A stretch of DNA of 64,000 nt from an uncultured Bacilli bacterium (GTDB taxonomy: Bacteria > Bacillota_I > Bacilli_A > RF39 > UBA660): positions 114-64,113 of the forward strand of contig CANQBE010000002.1 in the NCBI GenBank assembly GCA_947589515.1, in the 5' to 3' direction. A model generated the notes under the pieces. It had not been told where the DNA came from, ran no database searches, and saw only the letters and a program-made list of their open reading frames with translations. Below are positions 21,868-30,423 of this stretch, piece by piece. The number at the start of each line of letters is the position of its first letter. Within the stretch, counting starts at the first letter, position 1. Position numbers and translations under genes: made by a program.

Positions 21868-22266
21868 ATGGAAAATAAAAAGAAAATAATCATAATTAGT
21901 GGAGTTGTAGTAGCCTTATTAATAGTAATAATTGCTTGTATATTTATATTTAAAGATGATGCGCATACCTTACCAAACGTTGAAAAGAAACAAACATTAG
22001 AGGAAATATTAACAGAATCTGGTAAAGATTATTATGAGAATTCTTATTATGAAGGTAATGCCGATATTATTTCCGTTTTTAAAGATTCTGGTATTAGTCT
22101 TGATATCACAAGCTTAACGGTTATAAACCCTCTTAGTGAAGAAGCTAAAAAAGAATTTGATGAGAGAAAATGTAGTTATGATGATAGTCAAATTATATTT
22201 TATCCAGTTGATCCATTCAAAAAGACTGATTATGAAATTAAAGTTGAATTAGTATGTGAAAAATAA
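21868..22266 (+). CDS. small N-terminally anchored membrane protein with a Cys-containing extracytoplasmic domain
   Basis: N-terminal TM KKIIIISGVVVALLIVIIACIFIF followed by a soluble domain of about 100 aa with two Cys residues. RBS AGGAGG 6 nt upstream. Confidence 0.45.
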   Translation: MENKKKIIIISGVVVALLIVIIACIFIFKDDAHTLPNVEKKQTLEEILTESGKDYYENSYYEGNADIISVFKDSGISLDITSLTVINPLSEEAKKEFDERKCSYDDSQIIFYPVDPFKKTDYEIKVELVCEK

Positions 22267-22271
22267 ACATT

Positions 22272-22300
22272 AAAAAAGCACTTCAATAAAAGTGCTTTTT
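22272..22300. terminator. bidirectional terminator AAAAAGCACT-TCAATAAA-AGTGCTTTTT
   Basis: Perfect 10-bp stem with an A-run and a T-run on either side. It serves the plus-strand gene ending at 22266 and the minus-strand micro-ORF ending at 22299. Confidence 0.65.
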
Positions 22301-22391
22301 ACATGAAATAAACTAAAATTCCGGCAATAAAAGATCCAAGCATAATTAGCGTTAAGAAAATTGCCATTCCTTTTAACATTTTTTTATTCAT
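22299..22391 (-). CDS. 30-aa hydrophobic micro-protein MNKKMLKGMAIFLTLIMLGSFIAGILVYFM
   Basis: Not in the ORF track because it is below the size cutoff. It has a GAGGTG RBS 6 nt upstream of its ATG and a sigma-A-like promoter (TTACAA, 16 nt, TATAAT) upstream. Its TAA stop abuts the bidirectional terminator. Predicted single TM helix with a positively charged N-terminus. Confidence 0.45.
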   Translation of the reverse strand: MNKKMLKGMAIFLTLIMLGSFIAGILVYFM

Positions 22392-22409
22392 TTATAACAC
22401 CTCAGTAAC

Positions 22410-22437
22410 ATTATAATAAAATTTATGCAAATTGTAA
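22410..22437 (-). promoter_or_regulatory. candidate sigma-A promoter for the micro-ORF (-35 TTACAA, 16-nt spacer, -10 TATAAT on the minus strand)
   Basis: Hexamers read on the minus strand; an extended-like context about 25 nt upstream of the micro-ORF RBS. Confidence 0.4.
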
Positions 22438-22490
22438 AATATTTAATCATATTTTTTTATATGGACAATATGATTAAGTAGGTGATAGAA

Positions 22491-23108
22491 ATGAAAGCAA
22501 TAAAGAACAGAATACATAAAAGCATTACCAATCAAAAAAAGAAATATTTATTTTTATCTGTTATGATACTTGTTGGAATTATCAGTGGAATTATTTTTAT
22601 ATTTTTTATTTCAAAAGAGGACAAGTCTTTGGTAAAACAAGAACTAGAAATTTTCTTTACAAATATACATACCAAAAAATTAAACTACATTTCTTCTTTG
22701 ATTAATAGTATATCAACCAATTTAATTTACTTATTAGGAATCTGGTTATTAGGTATTTCCATTATTGGCATTCCTATCGTATTATTTTTACTATTTTTAA
22801 AAGGCTTTATTTTAGGATTTAGTATATCATCTATTATTTATAATTATGGAATGAAAGGTTTTTTGATTTCCATAGGATACATCTTTCCACACCATATATT
22901 ATTATTAGTGATGCTGTTACTGATGGGATTTTACGCAATCAATTTTTCAGCACGCTTATTTAAAGTATTGTTTTTAAAAGAAACTATCAATCTTGCACAA
23001 GTTTTTAAACGTTATAATCAAATTACAGGAATCTGTATCATAGGAATCGTAATTTCTTCCATATTAGAAATCTTCTTAGCACCATTTTTAATGAATTTAT
23101 TCTTGTAA
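22491..23108 (+). CDS. SpoIIM-family (stage II sporulation protein M, DUF95) polytopic membrane protein
   Basis: About 205 aa with 5-6 TM helices and an IFPHHILLL segment resembling the SpoIIM PHG motif. ATG at 22491 follows GGTGA; the ORF track starts at GTG 22482. Confidence 0.5.
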   Translation: MKAIKNRIHKSITNQKKKYLFLSVMILVGIISGIIFIFFISKEDKSLVKQELEIFFTNIHTKKLNYISSLINSISTNLIYLLGIWLLGISIIGIPIVLFLLFLKGFILGFSISSIIYNYGMKGFLISIGYIFPHHILLLVMLLLMGFYAINFSARLFKVLFLKETINLAQVFKRYNQITGICIIGIVISSILEIFLAPFLMNLFL

Positions 23109-23152
23109 TAGAATACTGAAAACCTTATAATAATGGTAGTAGGTGAAAGTAG

Positions 23153-24268
23153 ATGAATGATAGAAAAAAAGTAGTAATTGGAATGAGTGGGGGAGTAGAT
23201 AGTAGTGTAGCTGCAATTTTGTTAAAACAGCAAGGCTACGAAGTCATTGGCCTATTTATGAGAAATTGGGATACTTCGATTAATGGTGATATTTTAGGTA
23301 ATCCCAATCTAGATAATGATATTTGCCCACAAGAACAAGACTATAATGATGCATTAGCAGTATGTAATAAGTTAAATATTCCGTTACATAGAATTGATTT
23401 TGTTAAAGAATATTGGGATTATGTATTTGAATACTTCTTGGATGAATTAAAAAAGGGAAGAACCCCAAATCCTGATATTATGTGTAATAAATATATCAAA
23501 TTTGATTATTTTATACGAGAAGCCAAAAGATTAGGTGCAGATTATATCGCTACGGGTCATTATGCAAGAATTGAAAATGGACAGTTGCTAAGGGCAAAGG
23601 ATAGTAATAAAGATCAAACTTACTTTTTATCCCAATTATCCCATGAGCAACTAGAAAATGTACTATTTCCAATTGGAGAATTAGAAAAGCCAGAAGTAAG
23701 GAAAATTGCTTCCGAATATGGTTTAATTACGGCTAAAAAGAAGGATTCAACAGGAATATGCTTTATTGGTGAAAGAAATTTTAAAAATTTCTTAAAAAAT
23801 TACTTGCCAAATCAACCTGGTGATATTGTAAATATTGAAACCAATGAAGTAGTTGGAAAACATATTGGTTTAATGTATTATACCATTGGACAAAGAAGAG
23901 GATTAGATATTGGTGGTACCGACGACAGAATGTTTGTAGTAGGTAAGAATTTAGAAAAAAATATTTTATACATTGCTTTAGGTGAAGATAATGAATATTT
24001 GATATCTGATAGTTGTATTATTGATAGTGTGAATTTTAATACTACAGAAAGACCAACAAGTTGTAGTGCCAAATTTCGTTATAGAGCACCAGATTATCCT
24101 GTACAATTGGAATATTTAGAAAACGGAGAAATACTAGTCAAATATCACAACGTAAAATCAGTAACACCTGGACAAGCATGTGTATTATATGATGGGGAGA
24201 AATGTATTGGTGGAGGAATTATCAAGACCGTATGTAAAGATAACAAAAAATTATGGTATATTTTGTAA
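23153..24268 (+). CDS. mnmA: tRNA-specific 2-thiouridylase MnmA
   Basis: PP-loop SGGVDSS, catalytic Cys motifs, and a length of 371 aa typical of MnmA. Confidence 0.9.
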   Translation: MNDRKKVVIGMSGGVDSSVAAILLKQQGYEVIGLFMRNWDTSINGDILGNPNLDNDICPQEQDYNDALAVCNKLNIPLHRIDFVKEYWDYVFEYFLDELKKGRTPNPDIMCNKYIKFDYFIREAKRLGADYIATGHYARIENGQLLRAKDSNKDQTYFLSQLSHEQLENVLFPIGELEKPEVRKIASEYGLITAKKKDSTGICFIGERNFKNFLKNYLPNQPGDIVNIETNEVVGKHIGLMYYTIGQRRGLDIGGTDDRMFVVGKNLEKNILYIALGEDNEYLISDSCIIDSVNFNTTERPTSCSAKFRYRAPDYPVQLEYLENGEILVKYHNVKSVTPGQACVLYDGEKCIGGGIIKTVCKDNKKLWYIL

Positions 24269-24337
24269 ATAATATGTCAACTTTACTACTTGTTTTTTTC
24301 TTATTATATGATAAAATTATATTAGGAGGTCATAGAT

Positions 24338-25105
24338 ATGCAAAATCTTAAAAAAATACTTTCAGAATTAGGAATTTCAAAGGTTAGATTATCAAAGTAT
24401 CTAGGAGTTTCTCGCCAAATGCTTTATAACTATCTTGCAGAAGAACAATTAGAAAATTGGCCAAAGGAAAAAGTAATGAAAATTCTTTGTTTACTAGGTA
24501 TTAAAGATATTTCGGAATTAGATGAATTAAAAGTAGATGGAGAATATATTATTCAAGTAGAAAATAGATTAAATGATGGAGTCAAAGAAGATAACGATAA
24601 AGAAGTAATTCCTGGTTTAAAAGGTTTAAGTAAAAAAGAACAAGAATTATTATCAAATATTATTCAGTTATTAAAAGAAAAACTTACTGACGATAAGACA
24701 AAGGAAGTTTATAACAGTTATCGCTACCTATATTATTTTTTACAATCTATGGGAACAACAAAAGAATTGAATTACATGTTAGGATACATTGCTAAATCAA
24801 TGGGATTTATTGATCATGAGGAATATGTATTTAATAAAGATAAACAATTTATTTTTGAAAGTATTATGTTTTCAGCTATGACTTTATACAATAGCAATAG
24901 TGCTTCTAAAAGTAAAATTGCGGAAACTCATAAACGTTTCGTACAAGAAATTGAGCATAAAAAGGAAGAAGTGCTAAGTAGAACTCAAGAATTAAACACT
25001 GCAAAAATACAGGCATTAAAAGAACTAGGATATACCGAAATCAATAATGAAAATGCAAAAGAAGTTTTAGATAAGATTGCTGAAATTGAATCAAGAAAAG
25101 TGTAA
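24338..25105 (+). CDS. XRE-family helix-turn-helix protein (N-terminal HTH, long helical C-terminal domain)
   Basis: N-terminal LSELGISKVRLSKYLGVSRQMLYNYL is a classic HTH_XRE. The remainder is uncharacterised. Confidence 0.6.
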   Translation: MQNLKKILSELGISKVRLSKYLGVSRQMLYNYLAEEQLENWPKEKVMKILCLLGIKDISELDELKVDGEYIIQVENRLNDGVKEDNDKEVIPGLKGLSKKEQELLSNIIQLLKEKLTDDKTKEVYNSYRYLYYFLQSMGTTKELNYMLGYIAKSMGFIDHEEYVFNKDKQFIFESIMFSAMTLYNSNSASKSKIAETHKRFVQEIEHKKEEVLSRTQELNTAKIQALKELGYTEINNENAKEVLDKIAEIESRKV

Positions 25106-25134
25106 AAGAATGAATGAAAAGTCATTCTTTTTTC
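25105..25134 (+). terminator. terminator hairpin AGAATGA-ATGAAAAG-TCATTCT followed by T5
   Basis: 7-bp stem directly after the stop of the HTH gene, followed by a T-run. Confidence 0.55.
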
Positions 25135-25203
25135 TTTTATTATGAAAAAATTTATGATATAGTTAACTTAATAATATTAAAGAATAAAATAATAGGTGGT
25201 ATC

Positions 25204-27582
25204 ATGCAAAATAATAGTTACAATGAACTATATTTAAAAATCTATCAATTATTGCAAAAAGACAGCTATATCAGCAAAAAGGAATACCAAGAGATAATAG
25301 ATCAATATACGATATTATTTGATACTATTCAAAAGTTACCAAATACCAATATAAAAGAAAATTTAATTACCATATCAAATAATATTGATAATTGGATAAT
25401 AAACCATAATAAAAAATTTGTCGAAAAAAAATTGATAGAATACGAAAACTATTTTGATCATATTTTTGATGCAGTAGACCCTTCTATAAAATTAGATATG
25501 GAACAAAGAAAAGCGATATTAACAGATGAAGATTACTCACTAGTAATTGCTGGAGCTGGTAGTGGCAAGACTACTACAATGACTGCAAAAGTTAAATATT
25601 TAATTGACAAATGTCATATCAAATCGGATGAAATTGTTGTTTTATCCTTCACCAATAAGGCTGTTGAAGAATTAGATAGTAGAATCAATCAAGATTTTAA
25701 TTTAAAAGTAAATGTTGAAACCTTTCATAAACTAGGTTTAGATATATTAAATAGTAGATTAACAAAAAAAGTAAAAGCAATTGAAGAAAAAGACAAAAAA
25801 GAAATTATTAATAAATATATAAAAGAAACTATATTTAAAGATAAAAAAGAACTTTTTCATATAAAAGATTTATTTCATAATGATATTTTTTTTGATTCCA
25901 GTTGTGCAAATTATTTAAATTTTGAAGATTATTGGAATCATTTTATCAAAATAACATATGAAAAAGAAAAAGGACATTTAAAAGAATATAACACTAGTCA
26001 AATGGAATCTCGATTAGATCACAATCAATCAATTAATGGCGAATTTCTACGTTCAAAACCAGAAACTATTATAGCTAATTTTTTATTTACGAATAATATC
26101 GAATATTCCTATGAAGAAAAATATGAGGAATCTGAAAATAGAATTAATTATAATCCAGATTTTACTGTTTATGGTCCCAAAGGTAAAAAAATTTATATTG
26201 AATTTTATGGATTAACAAAATATATGCAATATGGAAGATATTCTAAAGAAGAAATTTTAGAATATAATTATCTGATTCAAAAGAAAAAAATTTTACATCA
26301 AAAGTATCAAACTGAGTTAATCGAAGTATAACCAGATGATAATTTTTCATCTACTAATTATCTAACGAAATTAAAAAATGATTTAGAAGAAAAGGGAATT
26401 TTTTGTTTTCCAAAATCTGATCAAGAAATTTTTCAAAGAATTATGGAAACCAAAAAGAATTCACAAATTTATAAATTTGTAGACTTAGTTATAAAATTTA
26501 TAGCAAAATTTAAAAGTAATAGCTATACAGAAAAAGATTTTATAACATTGCAAAATAAAACAAAAAATAATGTTGTAAAAGAACAATTGAATATTATGTA
26601 TAAATTTTATAAATACTATAATAAGCAAATCCATAGTAATTATTTAATTGATTTTGAAGATATGGTAAATTATGCATATCGCTATATGGAAAATCAACCA
26701 CTGAAAGAAGAATATACTAAATATAAATATATTATTGTAGATGAATATCAAGATATTTCGAATCAAAGATTTAACTTATTACAAAAAATTTCTGAAGTAT
26801 TCAATGCAAAAATTATTGGAGTAGGGGATGATTGGCAAGCTATTTTTAGTTTTAGTGGTTCTGATATTAAATTATTTACAAATTTCTGTGAATTTATGGG
26901 ATATGGTGAGATATTAAAAATTACCAATACCTATCGTAATAGTCAAGAATTAATCGATATAGCTGGTGATTTTGTTTTAAAAAATAGTGATCAATTTAAT
27001 AAAAAATTAAATTCAAATAAACATCTAAAAAATCCCATTGAAATTATTTATTATGATAAAACAGAAAATATTTCATGCTTATTAGAACAAATATTAGAGT
27101 ATATTTATCATACAAATCCACAACATACAGTATTGTTATTAGGAAGATATAATAATGATAAAAAAATATTTTTAGAAAATTCACATTTTAAAGAAGGAAT
27201 TATTTCTCAAAATGAAATTATTTATACTCAACATAAAGATATGAATATCAAATTTTTAACTGTGCATTCAGCAAAAGGACTAGGATATGATCAAGTAATT
27301 ATTTTAAATGCTAAAGATGCCAAATATGGTTTCCCAACTAAAATTAAAGAGGAAGAAATATTAGCTATCTTAAATAATGATACAGAAGAAAATATCGAAT
27401 TTGCAGAAGAAAGAAGATTATTTTATGTAGCAATAACCAGAACTAAAAATAAAGTATATATCTTAGCACCAAATAAAAATAGTTCAATCTTTATAAAAGA
27501 AATCAAAAACTATGATAATGTAATAGAAAAATTTAATAAAATGGATAATAATACAGAAGATATAGAACTCGAAATTATATAA
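25204..27582 (+). pseudogene. HelD (DNA helicase IV)-like SF1 helicase carrying an inserted DUF559/Vsr-like endonuclease-fold module, interrupted by one in-frame TAA at 26329-26331
   Basis: All SF1 motifs align co-linearly with E. coli helicase IV: EQRKAILTDEDYSLVIAGAGSGKTTT (motif I), VLSFTNKAVEEL (Ia), IIVDEYQDISNQR (II), IGVGDDWQAIFSFSGSD (III), TNTYRNSQ (IV), LTVHSAKGLGYDQVII (V), EERRLFYVAITRTKNKVYIL (VI). ORF 25114-26331 and ORF 26443-27582 are in the same frame, separated only by a TAA, and the frame stays open across the 111 nt between them. An extra segment of about 100 aa at 26038-26328 (PETIIANFLF...NYNPDFTV...IYIEFYG...ILEYNYL) resembles the DUF559/Vsr restriction-endonuclease-like fold. 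The likely start is ATG 25204 behind GGTGG. Confidence 0.7.
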
Positions 27583-27630
27583 AATTAGTAATAAATCAGC
27601 ATCTAGATAATATAAAGTTATTAATTTGTA

Positions 27631-27658
27631 GCTTCGTATAATTGATGTTATGTTAACT
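27631..27658. other. candidate chromosome dimer resolution site dif (GCTTCGTATAA-TTGATG-TTATGTTAACT)
   Basis: 11-6-11 architecture. The right arm TTATGTTAACT fits the Firmicutes XerD-arm consensus TTATGTWAACT. The left arm CTTCGTATAA fits ACTKYSTAKAA except for the first base. The site lies in a 390-bp AT-rich spacer 1.8 kb from xerD and at the point where coding-strand bias switches. Confidence 0.45.
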
Positions 27659-27994
27659 TATTGATTAAATAATAAATATAGAATGTATTTATATATTAGA
27701 AATTACTATAATAATATAATATACATATCTCTTAATAAAAATTGATAATAATTATAATAAGATTATTATATAAATATGAAATCATTTTAAATTTTATTTT
27801 AATTAAATTTTAAATTTACCGTTCATTTACTAAAATTTTATATTGTTAAAGATTTATTTCAATTTTAAGATGATTATCTATCTTATTATTCTTTATATTT
27901 CATCAACCCATTTTTTTAATTCCACTACTACTCTCTTAATTTTTGTATAAAAATAGGGGAAGAGTACATACTAAAAATGAAGGGAGTATTTAAT

Positions 27995-28174
27995 ATGAAA
28001 AAAGACAATCAAAAAATTAAATGCAAAGTTGAATCTTGTAAATTTCAAAATGATGATAATTGTACTTTAAAAGAAATCCAAGTTGGATGTGATTGTAACA
28101 ATAAAGATGCAACCAAAAATCAAGAAACTCTTTGTAGAAGTTTCGAATGCAATAAAGAAAAAGTAGAGGACTAA
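27995..28174 (+). CDS. small cysteine-rich protein, DUF1540-like
   Basis: A 59-aa protein with the spaced cysteines CKVESCKF...CTL...VGCDCN...LCRSFEC typical of DUF1540. ATG 27995 follows the AAGGGAG RBS; the ORF track starts at 27977. Confidence 0.55.
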   Translation: MKKDNQKIKCKVESCKFQNDDNCTLKEIQVGCDCNNKDATKNQETLCRSFECNKEKVED

Positions 28175-28205
28175 TCCCCTACTTTTTTTCTTAGCAAGTC
28201 CTCTT
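28162..28205. terminator. bidirectional terminator region between the DUF1540 gene and deoB
   Basis: GTAGAGG...CCCCTAC hairpin followed by T7 on the plus strand. A nested GAGGACT...AGTCCTC inverted repeat serves the minus-strand deoB. Confidence 0.5.
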
Positions 28206-28237
28206 CTCTACTCTATTTTATAAAAATTTTTAAGATA

Positions 28238-29404
28238 TTATTTTAATTTTTCTAAGAAACTTTCGCCAATAAATGGTTTATTTACTTGAAAATTTTCAGC
28301 AATAGTAGCACCTATATCTGACATCGAATTTAAAATATCCAATTTTTTTGGTTCTTTTAAATTTCTACCATATATAATAACTGGTACATTTTCTCTTGTA
28401 TGATCAAAACCTTTAAAAGTAGGATCACAACCATGATCAGCAGTAAGAATCAATAAATCTTCTGTTTCCAATTTATTTAAAATCATAGGGACTTCTACAT
28501 CAAATTCTTCAATTGCCTTAGCATAACCTTCTAAATCCCGTTTATGACCAAATTCGCTATCAAAATCACTTAAGTTAACTGCACACAATCCAGTAAAATT
28601 TTTGGTCATAATATCACTTAATTTATTCAATGCTTCATGATTATTTTTAGCTTTAATTACCTTAGTAATACCTTCACAATCAAATACATCTGCTATCTTA
28701 CCAATAGAAATAACACTATAATTATTTTCCTTTAAGAAATTCATAATACTCATAGTAGGTGGTTTAACAGCATAATCTTGTCTTTCATTAGTAAACTTAA
28801 AATTACCTGGTTTTCCTGTAAATGGCCGAGCAATGACTCTTCCTACTTTCCATTCTTCACGTAAAGCAATCTTTCTAATTTTTTCAGCATATTCATATAA
28901 TTTAGCAACAGGTATACTATTTTCATGAGCAGATATTTGCAAATTAGAACCATTAGAAGTATATACAATTAATGAACCATATTGTAACTGTCTTTCACCT
29001 AATTCCTGAATAATATCTAAACCATTACAATTTTTATTACCAATAACTCTACGATTAGTAGCAAATTCAATTTGATCTAACAATTCTCTTGGGAAACCAT
29101 TATCCATAAAAGTCTTAAATTGAATATCATTTTTGATACCCATAATTTCATAATGTCCATTTAAAGTATCTTTTCCTGGATTAGTAGGTCGAGCAATCGT
29201 ATAATAAGCTTCTACTTCTTTATTTTCATCCATATTAATGGTATTTAAAAAACCTAATTTTTTTAAATTAGGAACAAATAAATCATAGTGTTCCTTAATA
29301 TGGCCAAGAGTATTAGCACCATTATCATCATAATTACTTGCATCTAAAGCTTCCCCTACTCCTAACGAATCTAAAATAATTAAAAATACTCTTTTAAATT
29401 TCAT
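28238..29404 (-). CDS. deoB: phosphopentomutase
   Basis: N-terminal MKFKRVFLIILDSLGVGE metal-binding motif and a length of 388 aa. It is adjacent to xerD, as in Bacillus ripX-drm. Confidence 0.9.
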   Translation of the reverse strand: MKFKRVFLIILDSLGVGEALDASNYDDNGANTLGHIKEHYDLFVPNLKKLGFLNTINMDENKEVEAYYTIARPTNPGKDTLNGHYEIMGIKNDIQFKTFMDNGFPRELLDQIEFATNRRVIGNKNCNGLDIIQELGERQLQYGSLIVYTSNGSNLQISAHENSIPVAKLYEYAEKIRKIALREEWKVGRVIARPFTGKPGNFKFTNERQDYAVKPPTMSIMNFLKENNYSVISIGKIADVFDCEGITKVIKAKNNHEALNKLSDIMTKNFTGLCAVNLSDFDSEFGHKRDLEGYAKAIEEFDVEVPMILNKLETEDLLILTADHGCDPTFKGFDHTRENVPVIIYGRNLKEPKKLDILNSMSDIGATIAENFQVNKPFIGESFLEKLK

Positions 29405-29413
29405 ATTATCACT

Positions 29414-30325
29414 CTACACTTTCTCATTTCTTGGATGATATTTTTCATAATCTTCTCTAATTTTTGTATTCGTTACATGAGTATAAATTCTAGTAGTAGA
29501 AATATCACTATGCCCTAGCATTTCTTGAATCACTCTCAAATCAGCACCATACTCAAGCAAATGAGTTGCAAAGCTATGTCTTAAGGTATGAGGTGAAATG
29601 TTAGGATTCAATCCTTTTTGTAAGAGAAGATTTTTTAAAATTTTAAAAAAACCAACTCTACTAATCTTTTTCCCTTCCCTATTTAAAAACAATTCTTTCG
29701 TAGTATTATTTTTTAAAAGAAGGGGTCTTTTCATTAAATACTGGTTAACAGAATCAATAACATAATCATTAATAGGAACAATTCTTTCCTTATTTCCTTT
29801 TCCAATACAACGTACCGTACAATTAATTAAATCAATATCATTAATAGTAAGATTAATTAATTCACTAATTCGTAATCCAGTACCATACAATAATTCTAAC
29901 ATACATTTATTACGATAGTCAAATGGTGTTTCTAAAGGAATATCTAATAAACTAAGAACCTCTTCAATACTTAAAACATTAGGAAGTTGTTTGACTAATT
30001 TAGGACGTTCAATACTAGCAGCAATATTTTTATCCAAATATTCATTTTGAAGGAGAAATTTATGAAAATTTTTAATAACCGTTAAATGATGAGCAATAGT
30101 TTGTGGCTTTAATTTTTTTTCTTTTAATTCTTCTAAATAATGAAGAATATCTTCTTTATTAATATCATAGATGTAATTTATATGATGTTTTTTAAAATAT
30201 TCATTATATTGTTTTAACACGTTTTCATAAGTAATTTTTGTGTTTTTTGATAAATGTTGCTCCGTTAATAAACTGCTAAGATACTCATCTATCTTATCAG
30301 TAATTGTGAATTTATCTTTTACCAT
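29414..30325 (-). CDS. xerD: site-specific tyrosine recombinase XerD (RipX-like)
   Basis: C-terminal catalytic box HTLRHSFATHLLEYGADLRVIQEMLGHSDISTTRIYTHV (R..HxxR..Y) and a length of 303 aa; next to deoB. Confidence 0.85.
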   Translation of the reverse strand: MVKDKFTITDKIDEYLSSLLTEQHLSKNTKITYENVLKQYNEYFKKHHINYIYDINKEDILHYLEELKEKKLKPQTIAHHLTVIKNFHKFLLQNEYLDKNIAASIERPKLVKQLPNVLSIEEVLSLLDIPLETPFDYRNKCMLELLYGTGLRISELINLTINDIDLINCTVRCIGKGNKERIVPINDYVIDSVNQYLMKRPLLLKNNTTKELFLNREGKKISRVGFFKILKNLLLQKGLNPNISPHTLRHSFATHLLEYGADLRVIQEMLGHSDISTTRIYTHVTNTKIREDYEKYHPRNEKV

Positions 30326-30423
30326 ATTTCATCATCTCAATCTTATTATACAATCTTTTTACTATTTTTTCTAGTAATTTGCCCTTTTCCTATGAATGTA
30401 GTAAAATAAAAATGGTGAAAATT

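Noticed and set aside
23878-24072. 64-aa minus-strand ORF inside mnmA
   Set aside because: Antisense to a conserved enzyme gene.
25114-25203. Upstream extension MKSHSFFFYYEK... of the helicase ORF, as given in the ORF track
   Set aside because: This stretch contains the terminator hairpin of the HTH gene and has no RBS. The ATG at 25204 has a GGTGG RBS and matches the HelD N-terminal region.
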